In this document: piece after piece, positions 56,111 through 64,000 of the stretch
Layout: each line of letters opens with the position of its first letter
Numbering within the stretch: position 1 is the stretch's first letter
Source of the DNA: an uncultured Alphaproteobacteria bacterium
GTDB lineage: Bacteria; Pseudomonadota; Alphaproteobacteria; HIMB59; GCA-002718135
Direction of reading: 5' to 3'
DNA length: 64,000 bases
Assembly (NCBI GenBank): GCA_902584805.1
Contig: CACIBE010000002.1
Coordinates: 67,409-131,408 of the forward strand
The notes under the pieces: generated by a model
What the model was told of the DNA's origin: nothing
What the model saw: only the letters and a program-made list of their open reading frames with translations
Databases searched by the model: none
Translations under genes and position numbers: made by a program

Positions 56111-56947
56111 GTGAAAGACATTAAATCTATTGAAGAGATTATTGATTATTATGACAATTTCATAATTGATCAATGGGGCGTATTGCATGACGGTGCATTT
56201 GGATATGATCATGCTTTTAATACTATAAATATTCTAAACAGTAATAATAAAAATTTATTTATAATTTCAAATTCATCAAAAAGATCAAAATCATCCATAG
56301 ACAGATTGCCAAATCTTGGTTTTAAAAAAAATTCTTTTATTAATACAGTCACCAGTGGAGAAATGATTTGGAAATTACTTAAAAAAAATTTTTTAGATGA
56401 TAAAAATAAAAAAAATTGTTTTCATATTTTTGATGAAGAAAAAGAGGATGGTCTAGATTTTAGAGATGGTTTAAATTTTAATTTTGTAGAAAAAGTAGAA
56501 GAAGCAGATTTAATTTTAGCTTGTACCCCTTTTCTAAATTTACAGCCAATAGACTACATTCCATTACTAGAAGTAGCTTACAAAAAAGAAATAACAATGT
56601 ATTGTGCAAACCCTGACTTTGAAACAGTTGAGAGTAATAGTAATAATAATATTTTCTGTATGGGTGCTATTGCTGAAATATACAAAAAAATGGGTGGAAA
56701 TGTTATTATTAAAGGTAAGCCTGATGTAAGCATATACACTGCAACCACTAATCAAATTAATTTAGAAAAAAAAAGAACAGTAGCTATTGGAGACTCATTG
56801 TTTCATGATATTAAAGGCGCTAATAATTTTGAAATAGATAGTGTTTTAGTACAATCTGGTATTCATAAAGATTTAAATCAAATAAATAATTTAATTAAAA
56901 ATCATCAAATAAGCCCAACTTATATTATAGATAAATTTAGTATTTAG
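56111..56947 (+). CDS. HAD-superfamily class IIA hydrolase (TIGR01459-like)
   Basis: FIIDQWGVLHDG (DxxG nucleophile variant), ISNSSKR, IGDSLFHDIKGA. GTG start. Confidence 0.65.
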   Translation: MKDIKSIEEIIDYYDNFIIDQWGVLHDGAFGYDHAFNTINILNSNNKNLFIISNSSKRSKSSIDRLPNLGFKKNSFINTVTSGEMIWKLLKKNFLDDKNKKNCFHIFDEEKEDGLDFRDGLNFNFVEKVEEADLILACTPFLNLQPIDYIPLLEVAYKKEITMYCANPDFETVESNSNNNIFCMGAIAEIYKKMGGNVIIKGKPDVSIYTATTNQINLEKKRTVAIGDSLFHDIKGANNFEIDSVLVQSGIHKDLNQINNLIKNHQISPTYIIDKFSI

Positions 56948-56990
56948 AATACTTGACAAAGTAATATTTATATTTACATGCAAACTCAAT

Positions 56991-57272
56991 ATGTCAATGA
57001 GATGTGAATTAACTGGAAAATCATTCCAAACTGGTAACAACGTTAGTCATGCCAAAAATAGAACAAAAAGACGTTTTAAACCAAACCTTCAGAACATTAC
57101 TTTTGTTAGTGAAGTTTTGGGGCAAAATTTTCAACTTAAAGTTGCAGTTAGTACTATACGTACAGTAGAAAAAAAAGGTGGATTAGATGAATTCCTCATC
57201 AATACACCAAACTCTAAATTGCCCTTAAAGGCTAAAAAATTAAAAAAAACTATTCTATCTAAATCTAATTAA
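56991..57272 (+). CDS. rpmB: 50S ribosomal protein L28
   Basis: RCELTGKSFQTGNNVSHAKNRTKRRFKPNLQ is the L28 signature region. Confidence 0.9.
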   Translation: MSMRCELTGKSFQTGNNVSHAKNRTKRRFKPNLQNITFVSEVLGQNFQLKVAVSTIRTVEKKGGLDEFLINTPNSKLPLKAKKLKKTILSKSN

Positions 57273-57281
57273 ATTTTTGTA

Positions 57282-58022
57282 ATGGGTTTTTTCTTTGAAT
57301 TAACAACAGTACTTAATTCACTAAGCACTGAACTAATGTGGTTCATAATGCTCCTATTTTGTTTTTTTTCTATTCTTATTTTTTTAAGAATATTTGGATA
57401 TATAGGAATTTTTATCTATTCTGCACTGGCTGTAATTGCAGGAAATATTCAAGTTTTAAAAACAGTAGATTTTTTTTATTCACCCGAACCGGTAGCTTTA
57501 GGAACCATACTTTTTGCTTCCACATTTTTATGTACTGATATTTTATCTGAATATTATGGCAAGAAAAAAGCTAGAATGAATATTTTAATTGGTTTCAGCG
57601 CATTCTTATTTATGACTTTATTAATGGTAATTACTATTGGGTTTCAACCATCAGATGCTGATTGGGTACAAGAGAGTTTATCAAATGTATTTACTCCAAT
57701 GACAAGATTTTTCATAGCTAGTATGATAGCATATTTAATAAGCCAATATTTTGATGTTTGGTTCTTTAACTACTTGAAACAAGCTTTATCAGACAAGTCT
57801 CTCTGGTTAAGAAATAATTTATCTACTATTACCTCCTCTTTGGTTGATAACACTGTCTTTAGTATATTTGCTTGGATCTTATTAAATCCTGAACCAGTAA
57901 GTGTGTATAATGTCATAATGATTTATATTTTTGGCACTTATCTTCTTAGAATATTTATAGCTCTACTTGACACTCCCTTTATATATATAGCTAAGTTTTT
58001 TGTCCCAAAAAATAATGACTAA
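57282..58022 (+). CDS. yhhQ: Queuosine-precursor transporter (YhhQ/DUF165, VUT family)
   Basis: 246 aa, 6 TM helices, FLCTDILSEYYGKKKA and SQYFDVWFF motifs typical of YhhQ. Confidence 0.75.
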   Translation: MGFFFELTTVLNSLSTELMWFIMLLFCFFSILIFLRIFGYIGIFIYSALAVIAGNIQVLKTVDFFYSPEPVALGTILFASTFLCTDILSEYYGKKKARMNILIGFSAFLFMTLLMVITIGFQPSDADWVQESLSNVFTPMTRFFIASMIAYLISQYFDVWFFNYLKQALSDKSLWLRNNLSTITSSLVDNTVFSIFAWILLNPEPVSVYNVIMIYIFGTYLLRIFIALLDTPFIYIAKFFVPKNND

Positions 58023-59214
58023 CTTTTCTTGGAAAGTTAAAAAAACAAATAAACATAATAAAGCAAGAACAGGAAAAATTTCTACACCACATGGTGATAT
58101 TGAAACTCCAGCATTTATTTTTTGTGCAACAAAAGCTGCACTAAAATCTTTCACTACACTTGAAGCAAAAAAAAATAATACACAAATTATACTATCTAAT
58201 ACATATCATTTAATGCTTCAGCCGGGTAGTGAACTAATAGCTCAGCATGGAGGTCTTCATAAATTTACGGGTTGGGATGGCCCTATGTTAACAGATAGTG
58301 GTGGATTTCAAATTTTTTCTCTTGGACATGGCTCAGTTGCTGATGAAATTAAAGGACGCAAAACTAATTCAAAAAATAAAAAAACTTTAATAAATTTGAA
58401 TGAAGAGGGGGCATTATTCAAATCTTATATAGATGGTTCTACTCACATGTTATCTCCTGAAAAATCAATAGAGGTTCAAAGAAATCTTGGAGCAGATTTA
58501 ATTTTAGTTTTTGATGAATGCACTCCTTATAATGTAAATAAAACATATACATCTGATTCTATGTTAAGAAGTCATAGATGGTCTTTAAGATCCATTAATG
58601 CATTTAACTCTAAACTTAATTATAGTCCTAAAAACGGCTCAGCTGGTAGACAAGAAATGTATGGTATTATTCAAGGAGGGATTTACAGAGATTTAAGAGA
58701 AGAAAGCATTGAATTTAATACAAAAAAAATCAACACTTTTGGAATTGCTATTGGCGGAAGTTTAGGATCAAATAAAGATGAAATGAAAGATATAGTTCAT
58801 TTTACTTCTTCTAAATTAGATAATACTCGTCCAGTACATTTACTAGGTATAGGTGATCCAAGGGATATATGGGATTTTGTTGCAGATGGAATCGATACAT
58901 TTGATTGTGTAAGCCCAACTAGAATTGCTAGACATGGATCAGCTTTAGTAAAAGGTAAACAGGGAAAAATAAACTTAAAAAATGTTAAATATAAAAATAA
59001 TTTAAACCCAATAGATAATAAATGTAATTGCTATACTTGTAAGAACTTTACACTGGCATATTTATATCATCTTTTTTCTGCACAAGAATTACTAGGATTA
59101 CAATTGCTTACTAATCATAATATATATTTTATGAATAATCTTATGAAAGAAATTAGAAGCTCAATTGATAACAATGATTTTGATAATGCAAAAAAGAAAT
59201 GGTTAAATTCTTAA
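58015..59214 (+). CDS. tgt: tRNA-guanine transglycosylase (queuine/preQ1 tRNA-ribosyltransferase)
   Basis: [31 protein letters not shown], and Zn site CNCYTC...H. I prefer the ATG at 58015; it overlaps the yhhQ stop. Confidence 0.9.
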   Translation: MTNFSWKVKKTNKHNKARTGKISTPHGDIETPAFIFCATKAALKSFTTLEAKKNNTQIILSNTYHLMLQPGSELIAQHGGLHKFTGWDGPMLTDSGGFQIFSLGHGSVADEIKGRKTNSKNKKTLINLNEEGALFKSYIDGSTHMLSPEKSIEVQRNLGADLILVFDECTPYNVNKTYTSDSMLRSHRWSLRSINAFNSKLNYSPKNGSAGRQEMYGIIQGGIYRDLREESIEFNTKKINTFGIAIGGSLGSNKDEMKDIVHFTSSKLDNTRPVHLLGIGDPRDIWDFVADGIDTFDCVSPTRIARHGSALVKGKQGKINLKNVKYKNNLNPIDNKCNCYTCKNFTLAYLYHLFSAQELLGLQLLTNHNIYFMNNLMKEIRSSIDNNDFDNAKKKWLNS

Positions 59215-60992
59215 TTATCTAATTGAAAAGTAGCAGATAATTGATTTAGTAATACTTCGCCTAACTGATCGACATCCATTATTGTTACAGCTTTACTATA
59301 GTATCTTGAAACATCATGCCCAATTCCTATAGCAATTAATTCAATTTCATCTTTTTTTTCAATTTCACCAATTATATCTCTCAAATTTTTTTCTAAATAA
59401 TTACCTGGATTTACAGAAAGTGTTGAGTCATCAACTGGAGCACCATCACTTATAACAATAAGAATTTTTCTTTTTTCCTTTCGAAAAGATAATCTATTAT
59501 AAGCCCACGATAGTGCTTCTCCATCGACATTTTCCTTCAAAATTCCCTCTTTTAATAATAAACCCAAATTTTTCTTTGATCTCCTCCATGGTGAGTCTGC
59601 AGATTTATAGATAATATGTCTTAGATCATTTAACCTGCCTGGATTAGAAGGCTTTCCATTTTTGATCCATTTTTCTCTAGAATTACCTCCTTTCCAAGCT
59701 TTGGTTGTAAACCCTAATATTTCAGATTTAATTAAGCATCTTTCCAATGTTTTTGCTAAAATATCTGAACAAAGGGCAGCAACCGTAATTGGTCTACCTC
59801 TCATTGAACCTGAATTATCAATTAGAAGACTCACAATAGTATCTTTAAATTCAACTTCTTTTTCTATTTTGTAACTTAATTTATTATTTGGATTAGCAAT
59901 AATTTTAGCTAATCTTGACGTATCAAGAAAACCCTCTTCCATATTAAAATCCCAATGACGATTTTGCTGAGCTAAAAGTTTTCTTTGTAGTCTATTGGCA
60001 ATTTTAACAATTAGTGGCTGAAAAGAAAATACTTGTTGATCAAGATTTCTTCTAAGCTTCTCTAATTCTTTGATATCACAAAGTTCTTCAGCATTAATAA
60101 TTTCATCAAAATTATAATCATAAACTTTATAATTCTCTAAATTCTCTAAAATTTTTCTATCTGGTAAATAATCTAATTCAATATCCCCACTTTCTTCTCC
60201 CATATCATCATTTTCTTCTAATGAAACTGACTGCTCAATATCTGTTTCACTTGTTTGCATTTCAATATTTGACTCAGTTTGTTCATCATTTTTTTGTTCA
60301 TCATTATTTTCATTTTCATTATCTTGATCTTCATCGTTTTGATTAATATCTTCGTTCTGAGTATTGTTTACACTGTTATTAAGTAATCCAAGTTCATCTA
60401 GTTTTTCAACTATTGTAGATGTATATTTTTCCTGATCATGTAGACATTTCTTTAGATCTATAAAAAAGTTTGAATAATCTTTTTTTAATTTTTCTTTTAC
60501 AATTTTTTTAAAACTACTATTAATTTCACCTAAGTCTACGCCAACAATTTCTTCAAATGCTACGTTTTTAAATGCATTAATTAATAAATTTTGATCTTTT
60601 TTAGTATTTCCAATTTTAAGATCTCTAATATACTTATTCTTTAGATTTTTTTGTATTCCCTTGAATTCACTACTACCTATAGCTTCTACTCGTGCTTGTT
60701 CCAAAACATTAATTATTTCGTTTGATAATTCATCTTGATTTAAAAAGTTTTGGTGTATGTCTTTTGAATGCAATCTGAACTCTAACGCAAAAGAGTCCGC
60801 TTCAGCTCTTAAATATTCTAGATTATTTTTGAAATTTTCAATTTTTGGTTCAGTTAGATTTATAGTGTTACCAATAATTGAAGGATTTTCTTTAACAAAA
60901 TTAACCTCTATATCTTCTTTTTTACCTATTGATTTTATTGTAGCACTTAATGACTTTTTAAAATTTTCAATAATTTCGCTATTCTTTGACAT
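59211..60992 (-). CDS. cobT: CobT-like protein (acidic low-complexity region plus C-terminal von Willebrand A domain)
   Basis: N-terminal CobT-type region, poly-acidic D/E/N/Q stretch ([21 protein letters not shown]), and vWA/MIDAS start LLIDNSGSM. Confidence 0.8.
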   Translation of the reverse strand: MSKNSEIIENFKKSLSATIKSIGKKEDIEVNFVKENPSIIGNTINLTEPKIENFKNNLEYLRAEADSFALEFRLHSKDIHQNFLNQDELSNEIINVLEQARVEAIGSSEFKGIQKNLKNKYIRDLKIGNTKKDQNLLINAFKNVAFEEIVGVDLGEINSSFKKIVKEKLKKDYSNFFIDLKKCLHDQEKYTSTIVEKLDELGLLNNSVNNTQNEDINQNDEDQDNENENNDEQKNDEQTESNIEMQTSETDIEQSVSLEENDDMGEESGDIELDYLPDRKILENLENYKVYDYNFDEIINAEELCDIKELEKLRRNLDQQVFSFQPLIVKIANRLQRKLLAQQNRHWDFNMEEGFLDTSRLAKIIANPNNKLSYKIEKEVEFKDTIVSLLIDNSGSMRGRPITVAALCSDILAKTLERCLIKSEILGFTTKAWKGGNSREKWIKNGKPSNPGRLNDLRHIIYKSADSPWRRSKKNLGLLLKEGILKENVDGEALSWAYNRLSFRKEKRKILIVISDGAPVDDSTLSVNPGNYLEKNLRDIIGEIEKKDEIELIAIGIGHDVSRYYSKAVTIMDVDQLGEVLLNQLSATFQLDN

Positions 60993-61962
60993 TAGCTACC
61001 TTAGCATCAGTAATATCAATTCCAAATGACCTTTGAAAATATTCCTGTAAGATAGATCTCTCCATTTCATCGCATCTATTTAAAAAAGATAGTTTAAAAG
61101 AATATTCTATATCATTGAATAGAAGATAATTTTCTGCCCAAGTCAATACAGTCCTTGGACTCATAACAGTTGAAATATCACCATTAATGAATCCTGATCT
61201 AGAAAGATCTGCAGTAGCTACCATGCATTTAACGATTTCTTTACCATCCTTATTATTAAGTTTTTTTACTTTACTTAAAATAATATTTATTTCTTGCTCG
61301 TTACTAAGGTAATTTAAAGTTGATACAATATTCCATCTATCCATTTGACCTTGGTTTATTTGTTGAGTACCATGATACAAACCAGATGTATCACCAAGAC
61401 CAACAGTGTTTGCTGTGGCAAACAACCTAAAAAATTTGTGAGGTTTGATTACTCTTGATTGATCCAATAGAGTTAATTTACCTTCTGACTCCAAAATACG
61501 TTGAATTACAAACATTACATCAGGTCTGCCTGCATCATACTCATCAAACACTAAAGCTACAGGATTTTTGTATGACCAGGGAAGTATACCATCCTGAAAC
61601 TCTGTCACCTGTTTATTATCTTTGAGTACGATAGCATCTTTGCCAATCAAATCTATCCTGCTGATGTGGCTATCTAAATTAATTCTAATACATGGCCAAT
61701 TAAGTCTGGCTGCTACTTGTTCGATATGAGTAGATTTACCAGTTCCATGGTATCCTTGAACCAAAACTCTTCTATTAGAAGAAAAACCAGCAAGTATTGA
61801 AAGAGTTGTCATTGGATCAAAAATATATGTTTGATCTATTTCTGGTACGTGTTCAGTTTTTTCTTTAAACTTATAAACCTCAAAATCACAGGAAACCCCA
61901 AATGTTTCTTTGGGATCAATTTTGATACTAGGAGATATTTCTATATTTTTTTTATCAGTCAT
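60979..61962 (-). CDS. cobS: CobS-like AAA+ (MoxR-class) ATPase
   Basis: [39 protein letters not shown] ... [20 protein letters not shown] ... [14 protein letters not shown]...[16 protein letters not shown] is near-consensus CobS. Confidence 0.9.
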   Translation of the reverse strand: MTDKKNIEISPSIKIDPKETFGVSCDFEVYKFKEKTEHVPEIDQTYIFDPMTTLSILAGFSSNRRVLVQGYHGTGKSTHIEQVAARLNWPCIRINLDSHISRIDLIGKDAIVLKDNKQVTEFQDGILPWSYKNPVALVFDEYDAGRPDVMFVIQRILESEGKLTLLDQSRVIKPHKFFRLFATANTVGLGDTSGLYHGTQQINQGQMDRWNIVSTLNYLSNEQEINIILSKVKKLNNKDGKEIVKCMVATADLSRSGFINGDISTVMSPRTVLTWAENYLLFNDIEYSFKLSFLNRCDEMERSILQEYFQRSFGIDITDAKVANVKE

Positions 61963-62542
61963 TTTTAAATTTTTTTAAAAGTATTTTGTATGAGTTATTT
62001 ATTTCCTTAAACTTTTCTTCTGCTTTTTTATCGTTACCATTTACATCAGGGTGAAATATTTTCACTAGTTTTTTGTAAGTTTTTTTAATTTTATCCAATG
62101 TCAATGGTAGATCTAGATTGAATAATGATAGAGCTGCACTTTCTTCTTTTGTAAGATTTTCATCAACCAGCTTATTTCTAAAGTAATTATTCTCTCGTTC
62201 ATTTGGATTTAAATCGTTCATTTCTTCGTTAAAAAAATTGTTAATTTGATCCATAACTTTGTGATAATTTCCCTTTAATGGCCAAGATGGCCTGTTCCAA
62301 ATAATATCTTCTCTCATTGAATTCTCAATTTCATTAACTGACAATCCTTTGTAAAAATCCCATGACTTATTGTATTCCTTAATATGTTCCATGCAAAAAT
62401 AATAATATTGATTTAACAAAACTCTAGATTTTGGCGCTTTGAACTTACCTTCACTATTACAATCTTTGTTATCACATTTTCTAAAAAATGTTTTTTCCCA
62501 AGAAAGACTATTTTTATTAATATCTATTTTATGTTTACCCAC
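61955..62542 (-). CDS. J-domain protein with an N-terminal Cys/His-rich region
   Basis: C-terminal J domain with HPD (KKTYKKLVKIFHPDVNG...KFKEINNSYKIL). The N-terminus is CDNKDCNSEG...YYFCMEHIKEYNKSW. It overlaps the cobS-like start by 8 nt. Confidence 0.8.
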   Translation of the reverse strand: MGKHKIDINKNSLSWEKTFFRKCDNKDCNSEGKFKAPKSRVLLNQYYYFCMEHIKEYNKSWDFYKGLSVNEIENSMREDIIWNRPSWPLKGNYHKVMDQINNFFNEEMNDLNPNERENNYFRNKLVDENLTKEESAALSLFNLDLPLTLDKIKKTYKKLVKIFHPDVNGNDKKAEEKFKEINNSYKILLKKFKND

Positions 62543-62565
62543 ACCTATTATATAGTTTAAAAATA

Positions 62566-62820
62566 ATGAATCGTAAGCAAAGAATTGATAAAATATTGTT
62601 AAATAAATTTGATAATTTTTTAGTAGAAATTATTGATAATTCAAATTTACATAAAGGGCATAATAATTTTACCGGTAGTGGTGAAACTCATATTAAGATT
62701 ATTTTGACGAAAAAAGATAATTCCTCATTAAATAGATTAAATATTCATAGAATTATTAATAGTTTACTTGAAGAGGAATTTAAAACTGGGTTACACTCTT
62801 TAGAAATAAAAATTAATTAA
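62566..62820 (+). CDS. bolA: BolA-family protein
   Basis: 84 aa. DNSNLHKGH ... HIKIIL ... HRIINSLL ... LHSLEIK fits the BolA fold consensus. Confidence 0.75.
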   Translation: MNRKQRIDKILLNKFDNFLVEIIDNSNLHKGHNNFTGSGETHIKIILTKKDNSSLNRLNIHRIINSLLEEEFKTGLHSLEIKIN

Positions 62821-64000
62821 TTTTTGATATCTCAACCTTTGATATTTGTTTCTTTGAATGAGATAAAATTTTATAGTTAAAGAAATTATCTTTAAAAGAC
62901 TCTCCATATGAAGGTATTTTTTTTGAAATATCTAAAATATATCCAGCTATTGTTGATGACTCAATTTCTGGGGGATCTAAATCAAAACTTTTATACAAAT
63001 CTCTAATATTTTTCTCTCCATTAACTATAACTTTTCCATAGTTATTCAGTTTAAAATCATTTTCAGGAACATCAATTTCATCGACAATTTCTCCAACTAT
63101 TTCCTCAATAATATCCTCTAATGTAATTAAACCTAGTAATTCACCAAATTCATCCACAACAAATGCTAAATGTTCTTTTCTTTTTTTAAATTCAACTAAT
63201 TGCTCTAATAAATTTGTAGTCTCAGGAATAAACCATGGACTAGAAATTTTATCAAAAATTATTTCTTTTGATTCATTTTGATTTTTTAGATCTATATTTA
63301 ATGTTCTAACATTTAATAAACCAATTATATTTTCAGGATTATCCTTCCAAAATGGTATACGTGTATATCTAGAATTATTTATTTTATTAATAATTTCATT
63401 AGTATTTAATGATGAATCTATAGAGTAAATATTTTTTCTATGAGTAAAAATTTCTTCAACAGTGATATCATTTAATTGCAATATACTTTGTAGCATATCT
63501 TTTTCTTGTTCATAATCTGGATTTGATGTTTTATAGAGATCTATAACTCCTTTTAATTCTTCCTCTGACTGAAGATCTTTATTTGTTATATCATTATCAT
63601 TATTTCTAAAAATTAATCTAACAATTAGATTAATTACAAATACAAAAACAAATAAAATTTTGTTTAAATAATAAATAATAGGCGAAATTAATAATGCTGT
63701 TCTATTTGGTCTATTTATAGCGTAAGTTTTAGGCAGAACCTCAGCAAATATTACAATTACAACTGTCATGATTAGAGTTGCATAAAAAATACCTTCTACT
63801 CCAAAAAGATCATAAAAAAATGCTGTGGCTAATGATGACGCTAGAATATTAACTAAATTGTTAGATAGCAGTAGAGTAGATATTACATTATCTTTTTTAT
63901 CAAGTAGCTCAAGTACATATCCAGCTCTCTTACTACCTTTTTTTTTCTTATAAAGAATTCTTGCTTTAGAAGTTGCAGTGATTGCTGTTTCTGATCCAGA
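62813..64000 (-). CDS. HlyC/CorC-family transporter (DUF21-CBS pair-CorC_HlyC; TlyC-like), 5' end beyond the window
   Basis: The C-terminal CorC_HlyC and CBS regions are in the 318-aa track ORF. Reading the same frame upstream of M(63769), I find it stays open to position 64000. It encodes SGSETAITATSKARILY...LLSNNLVNILASSLATAFF, the DUF21 N-terminal domain. The gene is therefore truncated by the window edge, not by a start at 63769. Confidence 0.85.
   Translation of the reverse strand, partial: SGSETAITATSKARILYKKKKGSKRAGYVLELLDKKDNVISTLLLSNNLVNILASSLATAFFYDLFGVEGIFYATLIMTVVIVIFAEVLPKTYAINRPNRTALLISPIIYYLNKILFVFVFVINLIVRLIFRNNDNDITNKDLQSEEELKGVIDLYKTSNPDYEQEKDMLQSILQLNDITVEEIFTHRKNIYSIDSSLNTNEIINKINNSRYTRIPFWKDNPENIIGLLNVRTLNIDLKNQNESKEIIFDKISSPWFIPETTNLLEQLVEFKKRKEHLAFVVDEFGELLGLITLEDIIEEIVGEIVDEIDVPENDFKLNNYGKVIVNGEKNIRDLYKSFDLDPPEIESSTIAGYILDISKKIPSYGESFKDNFFNYKILSHSKKQISKVEISKIN

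Noticed and set aside
56953-56958. TTGACA upstream of rpmB as a -35 box
   Set aside because: I could not find a reasonable -10 hexamer at 16-18 bp spacing; TATATT and TATTTA occur at only 10-12 bp. It is not reported as a promoter.
59211-61962. Literal annotation of the cobS/cobT homologues as an aerobic cobaltochelatase (B12 synthesis)
   Set aside because: No cobN or any other corrin-pathway gene is in the window. The partners are instead a J-domain protein and BolA. The family call is kept, but the pathway assignment is not supported here.
1-64000. Search for rRNA, tRNA, CRISPR arrays, transposases, integrases, phage genes, toxin-antitoxin pairs or restriction-modification genes
   Set aside because: None found. 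All spacers are under 175 bp and AT-rich, with no cloverleaf-capable GC-rich segments. There are no repeat-spacer arrays and no ORF with recombinase, nuclease-defence or phage structural motifs. The window looks like core chromosome rather than an accessory island.

Overview
The window is visibly AT-rich and almost entirely coding: about 70 genes, with intergenic spacers mostly under 100 bp. I found no rRNA, tRNA, CRISPR array, transposase, integrase or prophage signal. The gene content points to a streamlined marine alphaproteobacterium, probably Pelagibacterales (SAR11)-like. The markers are C4-pathway 5-aminolevulinate synthase, a GcrA-type motif, class I LysRS, three-part PntAA/AB/B, a COQ9-like gene beside rpsU, CobS/CobT homologues and HemJ. 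This taxonomic call comes from gene content only; no search was run.

Main blocks:
- A compact heme-biosynthesis cluster: cyt b561 and hemA divergent from hemC(-D fusion)-hemE-hemH-hemF-hemJ.
- A family-5 ABC importer with a convergent, abutting M24 peptidase.
- A minus-strand run of catabolic genes: a DMGDH-like enzyme, 3-hydroxyisobutyryl-CoA hydrolase, and a split LKR/SDH saccharopine pair.
- pntAA/AB/B.
- pfk and pyk.
- A ctaA operon facing an FNR-ferredoxin pair.
- marR-lysK, and yhhQ-tgt.

Most interesting candidates:
1. An orphan MotA/ExbB-like plus MotB/OmpA-like ion-motor pair. Its B subunit carries about 430 residues of periplasmic coiled coil with an internal 84-bp tandem duplication, and a pentapeptide-repeat lipoprotein follows it.
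2. A translationally coupled J-domain/CobS-like/CobT-like trio divergent from bolA, with no CobN or other cobalamin gene in view.
3. Heme A synthase in a four-gene overlapping operon with two SDRs and a secreted protein, facing a ferredoxin reductase/adrenodoxin-type ferredoxin pair.

A window-wide pattern also stands out. 10 of the 12 convergent gene junctions overlap at their stop codons, leaving no room for terminators.

All functional calls come from reading motifs in the supplied translations by eye. No HMM or BLAST search was possible.
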